Source: Malacoraja senta
Taxonomy: Eukaryota
Assembly: GCA_038087875.1 (NCBI GenBank)
Contig: JAXLNO010001170.1
Span: 62,001 to 108,719 of the forward strand
Length of the DNA stretch: 46,719 nt
Reading direction: 5' to 3'
Shown here: positions 45,149 through 46,719 of the stretch, piece by piece
Numbering within the stretch: position 1 is the first letter of the stretch
Layout: every line of letters starts with the position of its first letter
The notes under the pieces: generated by a model
Seen by the model: the letters and a program-made list of their open reading frames with translations, nothing else
Databases searched by the model: none
Told to the model about the DNA's origin: nothing
Translations under genes and position numbers: made by a program

Positions 45149-46719
45149 CAGTCCGTTGAATATACCTCATTCGGAAAATAAACAGAGGAGACACCGGAAG
45201 GTGACGGAATACACAACCGCCACTGCAAGAGTGAGGCCACACGCAAACTGGACGAGGAACATCCCCTATTCCACTTAGGGAGCTAACTGCCGAACGGCAT
45301 GAACTTTGAATTCTCCAATTTAAAGTAATAGCCGTCCTACCCCTCTCCCTCTAGCGCCATCCCACCCCTTTGCGCACCCATTTCTCCCACTTTCACACAC
45401 CAGTCACCTTTCCTCTCCATTGGGCACTGATTTTCCCATTCCCTCTCTATCCCCTTCACTTGTTCCTAATGTATCCGTCACACATGGTTTACATTTCACA
45501 CCTCTTCTCCTCTCCGTATCCGACAGCCTTTTATCCTCTTTCCATTTCTAGCGCTTGTCTCTTATTCTACCCACGTGGCAAACTCTTTTCCAGTTTTCTC
45601 CCCCATGTGACTGAAGGAGGGTCTCGACCCGAACGTTGCCTGTCCATTTCCATCCACAAATGCTGCCTGACCCGTTGAGTTCTTTCAGCACACCGTGTTT
45701 TGCTCAAGATACTCGTGGTATCTCTTGCTCTGCAAAGCTCTCCTGGTCAAGTCGCAGAGTTATCTTCTCCCAATCCCCCTACATCTCCGTGCCGAATATA
45801 ATGCCGAATTGAACCAATTGAGCACGTTATGACTGAGCTGAGTAGGTTTTAGGTTTGATTTTGGTTTATCATTATCACATGCACCCGCGAATAGTGGGCT
45901 TTGTTTTGCATGCTACCCAGTCGGATTAGATAATGTTATATATAAACACAATCAAGTCCAGCTCAAGTATAACAAGTAGGGCAAAGGGACAGATACAGCG
46001 TTCAGAATTTTTCTCTCGGCATTGTAGCGCACCATTATAAGAGAGGACGTCCAATGTCCGCAATTGGGTAGATCTGCACAGGGCAATACCCTAGTTTATG
46101 GGAGAACCATTGACAAGCCTGATAACAGAGAAGAAGCTGTTCCTGAGTCAGGCGATTAGTTCGTCCAAACGGCTGTATCACCTGGCCGACGGACGCGGAG
46201 TTGTGTAGGTCTCATGACGTGCGGACTGGATTTCCGGGGCATTGTTAAGTGTACATGGAATCAGTTGTGGGATGTCTGATGTGGACTGTTCGCTGCAATG
46301 TCTTGCGTTCTTGGGCAAAGCTGTTCCACACCAAGCCGTGACGCAGTTCGGCAGTAAGCTTTCCATGGTTAGAAGTAGTCACCGGAGACATGCCAAATTT
46401 TCTCCGTTTCCTCAAGAAACAGGGGCGCAGGTGTGACTTCTTATCTATCGCGTCAATATGGTTGGTCCATAAGGGACGGTGAGTGATATTAACCCAAAGG
46501 AGCTTGAAGCTCTGAACCATTTCCACTTTGTCGCCATCGAATCTGACTTGGGCAGATAATCAGTCAAACGCCCCGAAGTCCACAAGTAACTGCTTCATCT
46601 TTCGTCTTGCTGACATTGAGGAAGAGGTTGTTGTCCTGATTCCATGTTAAGATGTACTACTGAGCTGTATGCATTTGGCAGCTGAATCTTGTCTTTACTG
46701 ATAAATTCAACACCCGGAA

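Larger units (their letters stand above)
31220..46719 (+). repeat. Tandem segmental duplication, type II units (V1-V2-V4-V5 order, period ~9.8-9.9 kb)
   Basis: V2 exon at 32910 and 42833, V4 exon at 34925 and 44764, Rex1 remnant at ~36250 and ~46090; homology to unit A resumes near 38830 (A ~2075). Confidence 0.9.

Overview
Vertebrate genomic DNA, most likely a cartilaginous fish (inferred from V-SINE/HE1-like SINEs, CR1, Penelope-like and Rex1/Babar-like repeats, and the V-domain sequences). The window is part of a germline T-cell receptor alpha/delta-type V gene array with all segments on the + strand. It holds 13 leader+V segments in five families (my labels V1-V5): 10 look intact, one has lost the first Cys, one the splice acceptor and one the RSS. 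There are also three V relics, three orphan leader exons and two orphan RSSs. Every intact RSS is CACACTG-23bp-ACAAAAAC(C/T/G). The array is built from tandem segmental duplications: ~12.3-12.5 kb type I units (A 1-12300, B 12301-24802, left part of C from 24803) and ~9.8-9.9 kb type II units (right part of C, D from ~38830). The main signal is a same-orientation CTCF consensus motif 19-22 nt downstream of every nonamer in all five families, the geometry of mouse Igh VH RSS-linked CTCF elements. Other signals: a leader-swap chimeric V gene, orphan RSS+CTCF modules fused to a SINE, patchwork CDR variation suggesting gene conversion, a paralog-switch junction at an ~870 bp insertion, and hammerhead-ribozyme-like cores in Penelope-derived palindromes. 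Species, alpha versus delta assignment, protein binding and expression cannot be established from sequence alone. Repeat boundaries are approximate.
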